From Mobula hypostoma (taxonomy: Eukaryota): 64,000 bases of DNA. The notes under the pieces were generated by a model. The model had not been told where the DNA came from, did no database searches, and saw nothing but the letters and a program-made list of their open reading frames with translations. Of the stretch, positions 25,201 through 37,284 are shown piece after piece; the first letter of the stretch is position 1; each line of letters begins with the position of its first letter. The stretch is from positions 27,902,001 to 27,966,000 of the forward strand of contig NC_086118.1 in NCBI RefSeq assembly GCF_963921235.1, read 5' to 3'. The position numbers were made by a program, and so were the translations under genes.

Positions 25201-27733
25201 AGTGAATATTTGTTCTTTATGGTTATGCTACTTAGGCCTCGGTAATCAATGCAGAATGCCGAGCTGGTGGCGTAGTGCCATCAGTGCTGGACTTCGGGGC
25301 GAGAGGTCCTGAGTTCGAAACTGGCTGGCCCCCTTGCACGCCCTCCATCCGTGCAGGGTTATGAGCTGGTGATCGCTTAAAAAAAACTCACTCGGCAGGA
25401 GGCAAAGGCAAACCACTGCTGTAACTTGCCACGTACATGATTTCCCAATAGAGTGGCGTCAGAGCGGTGTGGAGGGAAATCGTCCGCCAACTGGAAATTC
25501 CATACGCGACCTACCGATGATGACAAATTAATGCAGAGATGCAGTGAGCCATCCTTCTTCCCTACAAAGAAGAAACCTGCGCCAACAGGGGAGGATGAGG
25601 GCCAGATAATGTCTGCCACGAAAGATTCATTTAAGTAAGCCTCCATTGCCTCTCCTTCTGGCTGGGACAAGTTATACAGCCGGCTGGTGGGTTGAGAGGC
25701 TCCAGGGAGAAGGTCGATTGCACAATCATAAGGGTGGTGTGGAGGTAGGGACAGGGCCCGTTGTTTGCTGACTACTTCTCCCAGATCACGGTACTCTGCT
25801 GGAACTTTGGATAGGTAAAGGGTTTCAGCGGCAGACAAGGTCGTGGTGACTTTCACAGAGGAAAGAACCGATCGAAGACAAGTGAAGTGACGGAATGGTC
25901 TCCAGCTGGCTATCTTCCCAGTGGACCAGTTGATGTGAGGATTATGGTGGACCAACCAGGGATACCCAAGAACCATAGGAGTTTGAGGGGAGGAAATTAA
26001 GTTAAATTGTACCTGCTCCCGATGGTTCCCAGACAGAATTAGAGACAAAATTAGTGTGCAGTGTGTGACCCGGGCCAGAAGTCTGCCATCTAGTGCCCTG
26101 GCTCCTGAGGAATTCCGGCCCAGGAAGCTTTGTCTTTATCCAGAAGATTACCCTCAGCACCGGAGTCCACTAGAGCTGTCAGAGGCAGAGATTGTTTTTC
26201 GTAACATAAAGTTGCCAGGGTCCGCATCCAGGTTCAGGGAACAGAAGGGAATGTTGTCTGGCTCACTAGGGTCCCCCTTTCTACTGGTGAGCCTTCCTTC
26301 TTTGGCCGAAGGGGACAGGTAGCTCGAAAGTGGCCGGACTGGCTGCAATATAGACACTCACCCGCCCTCAGTCTCCGGAGTCGCTCTCGCGGGAGAGAGG
26401 TGGTTCCGTCCCAGCTGCATGGGTTCCTCTCCCGGGGTGGTGGAAATGGCTGGGCTGGGAGCTACTCTTGGAGCTGGAGGAGGAGAGAGACTTGTTCTGG
26501 CGAGAGGCGGAAACGAGTGCCATGGAGTGGCCAACTGCGGTGGACGAGCAGGTCTTTCCCTATGGCATTCTCGGAGACGATTGTCCAACCTGTTGGTGAG
26601 GGAGATTAAGGAATCCAGGCTATTGGTGTCGTCTCTTGCCGCCAACTCATCTTTCACCCTGTCACTGAGAACATCCCGAAATATCTCTTGGAGTGCCTCA
26701 TCATTCCACCCCGAGTCGGCCGCTAAGGTCTGGACTCCACAGAATACTCGGCAACACTGCGGGAGCCCTGACTTAGCAGCATCTTGACCATGGACAGGCT
26801 GGTCAAAGATCTTTCTCATCTCTGTGATAAAGGTGGGTAATGAAGAGCAGGTTTCCAGCTGGTTATCCCAAACAGCTGTAGCCCACGCTAAGGCACTTCC
26901 TCACAACAATCCCATGATATAAGCTACCTTTGATTTGTCTGTGGAATATGTGGATAACTGCTGATCAAACACCAAGGAACATTGCAGAAGGAAGGCCTGG
27001 CACTTCCCCAAATCCGCAGCGTAGTGTTCAGGTTCAGGTATGTGCGGCTCTCTTGACGGTGGTGTTGCTGACACGTAGGGGGTTGCCACGACAGACTGTC
27101 TGGACTGGTTTGACTGAGTTCCAGGAGAGGATAGGGTAAGATTGGTGGATACACGGTCCACCTGGTCACCGATCTTTGTTACATTAGCGGACAGGGAACT
27201 GAGGTTATCCACGCCATCTCGGAGGAGTTGATCGTGCAGACCCAGTAGGGAGCCCTGGCAGGCGAGGACTTGTTGCAGGGTCTTCGTGTCTGGGTCCATA
27301 GTGACCAGATCATTCTGTTGCCATGAGTGACTGAAGTGAACCCAAGTGCAGGACACAGGCACGGAGATTGAGATTGGAGGCTTACACGGGCGTAAACACC
27401 GAACAGCAAACCGGAGGGATCTTGACACGAAGCCCTAATATGGAGCCTTGACTCAGAGGGATGGAGTCTCATAGGTAAACCTTGAATCTGGAACTAAACT
27501 TAGAACAAATGGTTCTAAGCATTCGGGAAATGTAGTTATCACACAGGAATAAGACCAACGAACTGACGACTAGTGGTTGTGACGTCAGGGTTCTTATGCT
27601 GAGTTCTTGATGGAAACTAGGCGTACCATCATCAAAGAGAATAGGAAGCAATTGGAAAATTAACGATCGGGACAATGGCATAATCAAAGAAAATTAGGAG
27701 TAAGATAGGGAATAAATGATTGGGACCATGACA
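22261..27733 (-). mobile_element. Gypsy chromovirus (Sushi/PEG10-like lineage), full-length but decayed
   Basis: LTRs 22261-22676 and 27316-27733 (TG...CA); PPT next to 22677; gag MDPD..., CLYCSQSGHFRATC knuckle, protease LVDSGA, RT VYLDD, integrase [18 protein letters not shown], chromodomain [10 protein letters not shown]. Confidence 0.95.
25256..25529 (+). mobile_element. tRNA-derived SINE inserted in the Gypsy RT
   Basis: A box TGGCGTAGTG, B box GAGTTCGAAAC, RTE-type GGCAAACCAC 3' motif; TSD AATGCAGA (25248-25255, 25530-25537). Confidence 0.85.
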
Positions 27734-28337
27734 CTTCTCCTGCTTTGTGGGCATCATCTATTTTAATTTTCAGAGTGCTAGGCAGCTGCTTAGAGGAGCC
27801 CATGGCTGCTGATTGTTGAGATAAGGATTGAGGAGTCAGGGTGTTTATAAAGCTTTGAAATTTGCATCACTTTGCCTTTCCTAATGATGACTGTGAACAA
27901 GCCATAGCCCTAACCAGCTAATTAAGGTCTGAGACTTGGTAAAAGTTATCTGAGAGCTCACTCTAAAGTAATACAAATCAAAAATAATACACTAATCTTG
28001 CTTAAAATGTTGAAAAGAATGTTTCATCTTTAAGTTTATGACTTTTGGAGATCAGTTCATCTTCTACTCACTTAACTATTCACAGTAACAGAAGTTTTGA
28101 CCAGAGGTGCCCAAACTTTTGTATGCCACTGTACATTTGAATGGTGACCTCTGTATGATACCAAAAGTCAATTTCGGATTCAAAATTATTATAAACCCTC
28201 AACTGCTCCTATGCTTGTAGTTATAAAATTGGTTTTATTTCATTAGAAATATTCATCATTTGTGTTCCATGGAGATTTGAAAATAAACTCATGATTTTAC
28301 ACAAATTTAAAGCAGTCAGAATTATGATGGTACTTTT

Positions 28338-29606
28338 TTTTTACTTTCTTTTTTTTTAATTTTATTTTTATTTGGATAAGGAGTTCACAATTATCATGTA
28401 CTTTTTTCACACATATAACCTTTTCCATTTTTTTACATGTATAAAACTACAATTATTTATACATTCTTAAGTACACATTGAGATGATATAAAAGCAAAAT
28501 AAACATTTAAATAGATAATTATGTACTGTGGTAAATCTAACCTATTAGGCTAAGTAATGAAATTAGTTGTTAAGAAAAATGGTAATAATAGTTTCCATAC
28601 AACCCTTCTGGACCATTTCCACTGGTCCAAAATGTTGCATACAAGCCTATATACCAACCATTGTAGGTGTTTATATCCCAATTTGTTCGTGCTTGTTCCT
28701 GCCCGCAGACATAATTATCCAATCCCTATGTACTTATTTACTTAATTTTTTCATTTTTTTTTATCCCTTTCCCAAATCTTTCCCTTTACTTGTGTTAATT
28801 CGCTATTTTCCAAAAAAAACCAACAACAAACATTTAGACTAGGGGTGCTTACGTTAGCAATATTACTGTGTTGATGAGAAGAGCAATATAAATCTGAATT
28901 CGGCTTGCAGTTCAATACCTAGTAAATCAGTTTCTCGCCTATATAATGCACTCTCCCATGCTAAAAATGTAAATACACTGTAGATTAAAGAGAAGTGGGA
29001 GAAAGAAACGGGGTTGGTACTTTCAGAGGAGGCTTGGGGGAAAATCTGCAGCTTTCAATGGTCCTCGACTAATTCTTTGACTTGGAGAGAACATTGTTGG
29101 AAAAACATTATAAGATACTTCAAGACCCCATATCAGGAAAAATATAAAGATACAAATGTGATGTGTTGGAGAAGGTGCGGCTCTAAGGAGGCAAATCATT
29201 TTCATATTTTCTGGGATTGCCCTAAATTAAGTCTATTTTGGGAAGGTATTCATAGAACATTAGTTAAGGTACTTAGGTCCCAGATATCTCTGAACTTTGA
29301 GACGCTCTATTTGGGGCATGTATTGTTCCTTGAACAGAAGGAAGATATAAAGTTGCTGCAGGCCCTCTTAGCGGCAAGTAAGAAATCAATCACAAGAAAA
29401 TGGCTAAATCCAATACCACCTACATTAGAAGATTGGTACGAAATTATCTTGGAAATATTTAAAATGGAAAAGTTGACCTACTCCCTGAGAACTCAAAAAG
29501 AAACATTTTATCAAATCTGGAATAAATGGATTGAATATATAACCCCAATGCGAGCAGACTTTAGATGACTCTCCTAATGATTTATATTGCTCTTCTCATC
29601 AACACA
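28338..29606 (-). mobile_element. L1-clade LINE 3' end with 5' inversion
   Basis: Poly(A) plus 3'UTR on the minus strand (28338-28894); inverted ORF2 C-terminus on plus (28895-29606; CWRRCGSKEANHFHIFWDC zinc knuckle); 12-bp TSD GATGGTACTTTT (28326-28337, 29607-29618). Confidence 0.9.
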
Positions 29607-30389
29607 GATGGTACTTTTCATGCATTCGTTTCAGACAGCAGGGCAGGCTTCTGAAAGGTTTGATACGAGAAGTGAAAAAGCTGTGAGTAAAATCTAAATC
29701 AGTGTCAAGCTACCATGACATTACATTGAAATTTGAATTAAGAAGCAGGATTTATAATAGTTACACTTTTTTGTCTTGGTTAATCAATAGGATGGCTAAA
29801 ACATTGTATTTCTAATTATCACTAAAGTGGGTGTAGTGAGAGTTGAATAAACTGCATTTGCACGTTATCTGATCTGTTATAATTGGATTAGTAAATAAAT
29901 TCAAAATCTGGCTTTGTTATTTTGTTGGTGTAACGTTAAAGCCCACAGTATGGATTAGTGTGGGGTTGATTAGCCAGGGTGAACATCATCAGTGCAGTTG
30001 GCCTTGGGCGAGGAGCAGGGAAAAGCAGTAAATCCTGCTCCCAGTGCAAAGCAAATTCCCTGCACTCGCTCCTATAGATGATACAATCCAAACAAAGAGG
30101 AAGACTTTATTAGTATGTAGTTGTATCATGGCTCAATGTGGACTATGCATTTTCCAAGAAGATCTGACTCTCTGATCTCTAGGATGTTCCTGGTCTCTCT
30201 CTCTCTCTCACACACACACCAACGGACATCAAGTCCTGTTGGAAGATCATCAACTTGGTGAGAAATGCCCTTTAGTCTGCCCATAACGTTGGTCTTCCAG
30301 CACAGAGAGATGTTTGTAGTCAGAATGCTGCCGACTGGCATATTCTAGGCTGCAGGGGTGCGTGCAGATAGACACACTGAAGCTTTGTG

Positions 30390-31360
30390 CAGCCACTGAA
30401 ATGTTGACACCAAGGAACTTGAAATTGCTGATTCTCTCCATTTCTGATCCCTCTATGAGAATGTGTTCATATTTCCTTATCTTACACTTCCTGAAGTCCA
30501 CAATTAGCTCTTTGGTATCACTGGCGTTGAGTGCAAGGATGCTGTTGCGACACCACTCAAGTAGCTGGTATATCTCAGTCCCGTATGCTGTCTCATCTCC
30601 ATCTGAGATTTTACCAAACTGGTCATATCATCAGCAAGTTTATAGATGGTATTTGAGCTATACCTAGCCACATAGTCATGGGTATAGAGCAGTGGTGCAG
30701 TGCTAGCCGGAGCACACGGGAGTACGTCCCGCACAAATTTAAGAAAAAAGCTGAAATAAACAAGCTAACTAATTAGGTGCTGCCCGGGGTGATTTGAGTA
30801 TCTCAGAAACTGCTGATCTCCTGGGATATTTACACACAGCAGACTCCGGAGTTTACAAAGGATGGAGCCAAAAACAAAAAAAATCCGGCGAGTGGATTTA
30901 ACATGATGTTTTTGCTCACAGAACAGCCACTGGCTGGATGTTTTTTTTTTGTTTTTAGCACCATTCTTTGTAAACTCCAGAGTCTGTTGTGCATAGAAGT
31001 TCCAGGAGATCAGCAGTTTCTGAAATACTTAAATCACCCTGGGCGGCACCTAATTAATTAGCTTGCTTATTTCGGCTTTTTTCTTAAAGATGTGTGGGAC
31101 GCGCTCCCGTGCGCTCTGGCTAGCACTGCACCACTGGTATAGAGAGAGTAGAGCAGTGGGCTAAGCACCCTGAGGTGCACCCATGTGGATCGTCACCAAT
31201 CAGCACAGATTGTGGTCTTCTAGTTAGGAAGTTGAAGATCCAATTGCACGAGGGGGTACAAAGGCCCAGTTTCTGTAGCTTATCAATCAGGACAGTGGAA
31301 ATGATGGCATTAAATGCTGAGCTATAGTCAACAAACGGGAACCTAGCATAAGGGCTTGCA
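30390..31360 (-). mobile_element. Rex-Babar RT fragment interrupted by a MITE
   Basis: [11 protein letters not shown]...LCNWI; LYTHDYVA..NTIYKLADD; ILIEGSEMERISNFKFLGV. Confidence 0.85.
30690..31136. mobile_element. Fold-back hAT MITE (447 bp) containing Tc1-transposase-derived sequence
   Basis: CAGTGGTGCAGTGCTAGCC...GGCTAGCACTGCACCACTG; nearly the whole element is an inverted repeat; exact 8-bp TSD GTATAGAG (30682-30689, 31137-31144). Confidence 0.92.
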
Positions 31361-31529
31361 GAGATCATCCAGCATTTTGTGTGTGTTGCTCAATCACTTT
31401 GAAAGTGGAGATGTAGCATCAGTGACTTGTAGGAGTACATATTGGTTTGATTTCATAATGAATGTAATGGTTGTATTATCTTTATTGTATATGATTCATA
31501 AATAAAGTTTAGTTTTGAAAATTTGAAAA

Positions 31530-31880
31530 ACATCTTTTAAATCTCACCTTATCTCCTTGCCTGCCCATCACCTCCCTCTGGTGCTCCTCCTCTCTTTCCT
31601 TTCTTCCATGGCCTTCTGCCTCTCCTACTAGATTCCCCCTTCTCCAGCCCTGTATCTCTTTCACCAATCAACTTCCCAGCTCTTTACTTCACCCCTTCCC
31701 TCTCCTGGTTTCACCTATCACCTTGTGCTTCTACCTGCCCTCCCCCCACCTTTTAAATCTGCTCATCATCTTTTTTCCCTCCTGTCCTGCTGAAGTGTCT
31801 CAGCCCAAAACGTCAACCATACTATTTTCCACAGATGCTGCCTGGTCTGCTGAGTTCCTCCAGCATTTTGTAAATGTTAC
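31530..31880 (+). mobile_element. Penelope-like pseudo-LTR repeat with degenerate hammerhead motif
   Basis: CT-rich body, then GTCCTGCTGAAGTGTCTCAGCCCAAAACGTCAAC and AGATGCTGCCTG...CTGCTGAGTTCCTCCAGCATTTTG. Same family as 14060-14165, 42617-42652, 46520-46630 and 63066-63820. Confidence 0.7.
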
Positions 31881-32270
31881 ATAGGTACATTGGCTAAGTG
31901 TTTAATACTATCCACCATTTGAAGGCCACTGATCCAGACATGAGCTTAAATCCTACCATGACTTTGGGAAATTTAATTTAAAGTAAAAAATACCTCTGTT
32001 ATTTTGTCAGTAAGCCAAACTCAGGAATGGTAAGTATGGTAATACTTAATTGTAAGGAAAATCCATCTGGTTCATAACTTTTTGTTAGGGATGGGGAACT
32101 ATTAACCTTAACTGGTTAAGTCCACATTTTATCCAAACTTAACTCCTCAGTTCACAGGCAATTAGGAATAGACACGTTGCCAGCAACATCCATATTCCAT
32201 GACTGAATAAGTAAAACAATAAATCATTGGCACATTGGAATTGTTACTTTCATTCACTGTTCTTTCTATC

Positions 32271-32972
32271 TGTCAAGAACCCTGTGATGGGAATAAAGAA
32301 CCAGCAGAAATGGAAAACACTTTGGAGTCCAGTTTTGCTATTAACTAATGGTATTTATTAGTAACTACGCAATACAGTAATATAAATGCAGATATATCAA
32401 ACAGGTTAGCAATGATTATATATATAAGTAAGTGTGGAAATACATGAAAACCAAACTTCTTCAAGTCTAGGGGTAAATAGATAGTCTTACGATGATGAGT
32501 AAAGTTCAGTTCAGTTCGTGGTATTAAGTTGTGTAGTGATGGGGAGAGAGAGAGAGAGAGGGACAGACAGAGGGAGAGATTTGAGTCTTCAAGTGAGCTG
32601 ACGCCGTCGATCTTCCCGTTGTCCTCCGAATTCCTTTAGAAGTCACCAACTGTGACCACAACAAAGGGGACCATTCATCTGTGGTGGAATTATCAATCCA
32701 GGTGAAGGTTAGACACACAAATAACTGCCCACCGGTCACACTCTTTTCACACTGCGAGTGCCGCTCATCGATCCGCCTGATCGATCCTCCAAAACCCACC
32801 TTTTCAGTGTCCAAAACCATGTGTCTGTAGGTCTATCATCTGACCTTCTACTTATCTCACCGTGCTGAATACCAACTGTCTCTCAAGTAGCTCCTGCTTT
32901 CTCTCTCTGTAAGAACTTACAAGCAGGCGACGTCCTTGTAGAAAGTATAAACAAACTGTGAGCAGTCTTCGC

Positions 32973-33003
<31 letters not shown>

Positions 33004-35676
33004 AACAAGGTGTCTGTGTTCCACAACACTCTCTCTCTCTTTTAAAAACACAGATCATAGGGGTAATTCAGGACCCCATCACACCTCCTTCCTTCAAAAA
33101 AAATTTTGATGCAGGCAAAATTTTTTTAGTTTAAATGTAAATTACAGAGTTTGAAACAATACATGTATAGTCATCAGTTAACAGAGCAGAACATGTACAA
33201 TTCCTGACAACAACTGGATAAACAATCGACTATAATATTGTCAGTACCTTTCACATGTTTGATTTTAAGTCATATTCTTGCAATATCAGACTCCAATTTA
33301 ATAACCGTCTATTCTTATCCTTCATCTTAGTTAGAAACACCAATGGATTGTGATCCGTGTAAACCACAAGTGGTCTCTGGGCAGGACAAACATAGACTTC
33401 AAAATGTTGTAAAGCCAGAATAAGTGCTAGCAATTCCTTTTCAATAGTGGAATAATTTTTCTGGTGCCCATTAAATTTCTTTGAGAAATAGGCTACTGGG
33501 TATCGAATGTCATCCACTCCCTTCTGTAACAGTACTGCCACAGCAGCTTCGTCACTAGCGTAAGTTGCTATAGAGAATGGTTTTGAAAAAGCAGGTGCTT
33601 TGAGCACAGGATGATAACCACAGGATGGTTTTCAGACATTCAAATGCCTCCTGGCAAAGATCACTCCATACAAATCTTTCACTCTTCCCTAGGAGTTTCG
33701 TTAGGGGGACAGCGATGTCAGCAAAGTTCTTACAAAACTTACGATAATACCCCACCATTCCCAAAAATCTTCTTAAAGCTTTCTTGCCAGTTGGAACAGG
33801 AACCTCAGCAATAGCTTGAACCTTGGCCTGTACAGGAGCCAGCTGGTCCTGGCCTACTACATAGCCCAGATATGTAACTGTGGCATGGCCAAACTCACTT
33901 TTAGTGAGGTTCACAGTATGATTGGCCTTGGAAAGTCTGTCAAACTGTTTTTCTACCTTGCAATATGCTCTTTCCATGTGTCATTCCAGACTACTAAATC
34001 ATCGATATAAGCCCCTGTGTTTTCTAAACCCCAAATTACAGAATCAATCATTCTTTGAAATGTCCCTGGAGCATTTTTCACCCCAAAGGGTAAAACATTT
34101 TACTCATACAGCCCCGAAGGTATGACAAACGCCGAGATTTCTCTGGCCCTGTCGGTCAAAGGAACACATGAATATCCTTTTAGCAAGTCAATTTTTGTGA
34201 GGTACTTAGCCTTTCCCACTTTATCAATACAGTCATCAAATCTCGGGATAGGATAAGCATCTGTCTTGGCCAATTCGGATTATGGGCCACTTTCTTGAAA
34301 TGTAGGAAATACCTATCAATTTCTGCTTCATCAAATGGAGGTATTAACTTAATTTCTTGACTGACACTAAACCGCTCACCACGGTTTACCACTTGATCTT
34401 CACGTTGCCATTTCTCCCTCTCGAACGCTCTCTATTTGTCTGCCTCTTCTCTCTCTTCTTTTCACTTCTTTTCTTCTCTTCTTTCTTCAATCTCTAATTT
34501 AAATCTCTCTAACTTCATCTGTTCCAGTTGTACCTGGACCTCCTCTTTCCCTAGAGGAAACCTCTTTAACTCCCCCTCATCAAATTCCTGTATAGAGACA
34601 TAATATTCAACTATTTTCCTTTGAATTTCTACCTTCGTCATACTTTTCTTCAACTCAATTCTCAACTCTTTAGCAACTTCCCGCACATCATTCTTTTTAG
34701 CTTTCTTCAAAGTCACCGGGTCTGGAATACCCTAACATCCATTTGTGCTGTTTTTCTACACATCCAAATCAAAAGGGATTTTCCCCAATCAAATCAAACA
34801 GGGCCCCAACCAATTTGTTCAGATCCTGGACTAGCCCCCAATTTTGTCACATACCCCGTGACGGGTTAAAGAAGCAGCAGAAATGGAAAACACTTCGGAG
34901 TCCAGTATTGCTAGTAACTAATGGTATTTATTAGTAACTACACAATACAGTGATATAAATGCAGATAAATCAAACAGGTTAGCAATGATTATATATATGT
35001 AAGTGTGGAAATACATGAAAACCAAGCTTCTTCAAGTCTAGGGGTAAATAGACAGTCTTATGATGATGAGTAAAGTTCAGTTCAGTTCAGTTCATGGTAT
35101 TGAGTTGTGTAGTGATGGAGAGAGAGAGAGAGAGGGAGAGATTTGAGTCTTCAAGTGAGCTGACGATGTCGATCTTCCTGTTGTCCTTCGAATTCCTTTA
35201 GAAGTCACCAACTGTGACCACAACAAAGGGGACCGTTCTTCTGTGGTGGAATTATCAATCCAGGTGAGGGTTGGACACACGAATAACTGCCCACCGGTCA
35301 CACCCTTTTCACACTGCGAGAGCCACTGATCGATCCACCTGATCGATCCTCCAAAACCCACCGTTTCCGTGGGCACAGCAAAGCTTATTCAGTGTCCAAA
35401 ACCATGCGTCTGTAGGTCTATCATCTGACCTTCTATTTATCTCACCGTGCTGAATACCAACTGTCTCTCAAGTAGCTCCTGCTTTCTCTCGCTGTAAGAA
35501 CTTACAAGCAGGCAACGTCCTTGTAGAAAGTATAAACAAACTGTGAGCAGTCTTCGCCTCTCTCTCTTGCTCTCTCTTTCTTTCTCTCTCTTTTTTAACA
35601 AGGTGTCTGTGTTCCACAACTCTCTCTCTCTCTTTTAAAAACACAGTTCATAGGGGTAATTCAGGACCCCGTCACA
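32271..35676 (-). mobile_element. Gypsy LTR retrotransposon, Gmr1-like, internally deleted
   Basis: LTRs 32271-33083 and 34845-35676; exact 5-bp TSD CTATC; PBS TGGGGGCTAGTCCAGGAT (tRNA-Pro type); PPT GAAGGAAGGAGG; gag (LIPPFDEAEIDRYFLHF), partial RT, RNase H (DASD-like, EKELLAL, YTDHNPL) as the last domain. Confidence 0.93.
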
Positions 35677-35717
35677 CTATCACAATTTATAGACCCTTCT
35701 GTTAAGGACAGAGGGGG

Positions 35718-36105
35718 TTGAGACATAGGATCTTAGAAAAGTACAGCACAGAAATGGGCCCTTCAGCCCATCTAGTTCATGCTGAACCATTTAAACTGTT
35801 TACTCGCATCGACGTCCACTGGGACTGTAGACCTCCGTACCCCTGCCATCCATGTACCATTCCAAACTTCTCTAAAAAATTGAAATCAAGCTCACATGTA
35901 CCACTTGCACTGTCAGCTCTGTCCACACTCTCACGACATTCTTAGTGAAGAAGTTTTCCTCATGTTGCCCTTAAACTTTTCACCTTTCACCCTTAACCTA
36001 TGACCTCTGATTGTAGTCTAACCCAAGCTCAGTGGAAAAAGCCTGCTTGCATTTAACCTATCTCTACCCCTCATAATTTTGTATATCTCTATCAAATTTC
36101 CTCTC
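35718..36105 (-). mobile_element. CR1 LINE 3' end
   Basis: CR1 3'UTR (ACAGCACAGAAATGGGCCCTTCAGCCCA) and decayed ORF2 end. Confidence 0.75.
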
Positions 36106-36262
36106 AAGAAGGTAATTGAAGATCAAATGTTACTTAAACAAGGTTTTCACACCATTGTATGACATTGATCAATGGCTGACAGAGTACCAAGTTTCCTCTT
36201 CACCCTTAAAACAGCTTATAGGCACTCATGAACAATGAGGGTGGAAAGAAGAAGAGATTTTT

Positions 36263-36268
36263 TTTATT
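36263..36268 (-). terminator. Candidate polyadenylation signal of the CD7-like gene
   Basis: AATAAA on the minus strand about 300 nt after the exon 4 stop, in an AT-rich UTR-like stretch. Confidence 0.45.
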
Positions 36269-36560
36269 AATGATAAAGTAAAAATGTATACAGAGTACAT
36301 TTATATCATAATGGAACAGAATGTTATTTATACAGTATTTTTACATTAGACATATGTATTAACTATCATCATAAGTACCACCTTCTACAAATCAACCAAA
36401 ATGTACTCAGACAAATACTTACGTTGTCAAATAACACTGTGTAAAAAAAAGTTTGGATACTTCCACAGATTCTAGTAAGCCTTGGTTTACTGTGATGATG
36501 CATTTAGACCCTCACAGAAAAACTGAATCAAATGTTCAAAGCCCATTGTAGCTGAAATTA

Positions 36561-36659
36561 TCATACCATGCTTTGGGTTCGCACCAGATAAATGTCTTCA
36601 TTCACTGAGTTTGGAGCTCGTTTACGTTGTGACTGATCCCAATGGTAATGTTTTCTTAC
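36561..36659 (-). CDS. CD7-like cytoplasmic-tail exon (exon 4), apparently disconnected from the reading frame
   Basis: Acceptor ttaatttttag, then phase-0 VRKHYHWDQSQRKRAPNSVNEDIYLVRTQSMV*. It parallels the CD7 last exon (recalled as IKKLCSWRDKNSAACVVYEDM...) and is followed by an AT-rich 3'UTR with AATAAA. Confidence 0.65.
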   Translation of the reverse strand, partial: VRKHYHWDQSQRKRAPNSVNEDIYLVRTQSMV

Positions 36660-37284
36660 CTAAAAATTAAAACAATTTTAAAATTTGCCTTTTTTCACTC
36701 AGCTTATAGATTTTAGAAGAGAGATTCATGCAGTCTTAATTTTTAACTTATGATTTTTCACTTATTTTCATGCAATTCTTTATAATTATCATATGTTGTT
36801 TTTGTTACATGTTGTGCTAACACACCACAGCAAATTCGGAATACATGTAATACATGTATATAGTGAATAAAGATTATCCTTGCATATCCCAATTATGTTT
36901 AATAGACCTTGAAAATATCTTTTCCTTGGAATCAATATTAGTTGATATATTACCTCTGCTCTAATGCTAAGCCATTCTCTGCTCTGCTGTCTATTGATAC
37001 CCCCAGTAAAGTTAATCCCAGGAAATGTCTTGATTTTTGGCAAGGGTAATAATCATCAGAGATCCATGCTAAGTCGATGTGAGCTGGCTTCTTGAATCAT
37101 GGAATATGGGAAGATACTCCACAATACTGTTGGGAAGGAAGTTCCATGGTTTACACCTACCAATGATGCAGGAATAGGAATATATTTCCAAACTAGGAAA
37201 ATTTGGAAGGAAAGCTGCAGGTGATGTTCCCCTTCACCTTGCCTTGTTCAGTCCAGGTTTAGGAGTTTATAGTGAAGGAACCTT

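Larger units (their letters stand above)
21104..28131 (-). mobile_element. Tc1/mariner DNA transposon (DD34E, long IR/DR-type TIRs), split by a Gypsy insertion
   Basis: TA|CAATGGAATGCAAAAGTTTGGGCACC ... GGTGCCCAAACTTTTGTATGCCACTG|TA; inner direct repeat at about 21287-21303; transposase WTDE...QQDND...SPDLNIIE with 34 residues between the second D and E (21374-21886). Confidence 0.93.

Noticed and set aside
25256..25330. tRNA gene (also at 52950-53025)
   Set aside because: A and B boxes continue into SINE bodies; no proper cloverleaf or acceptor stem.
26358..27428. PEG10/RTL-like domesticated gag gene
   Set aside because: Lies between LTRs and contains stops and frameshifts; an ordinary decayed retrotransposon.
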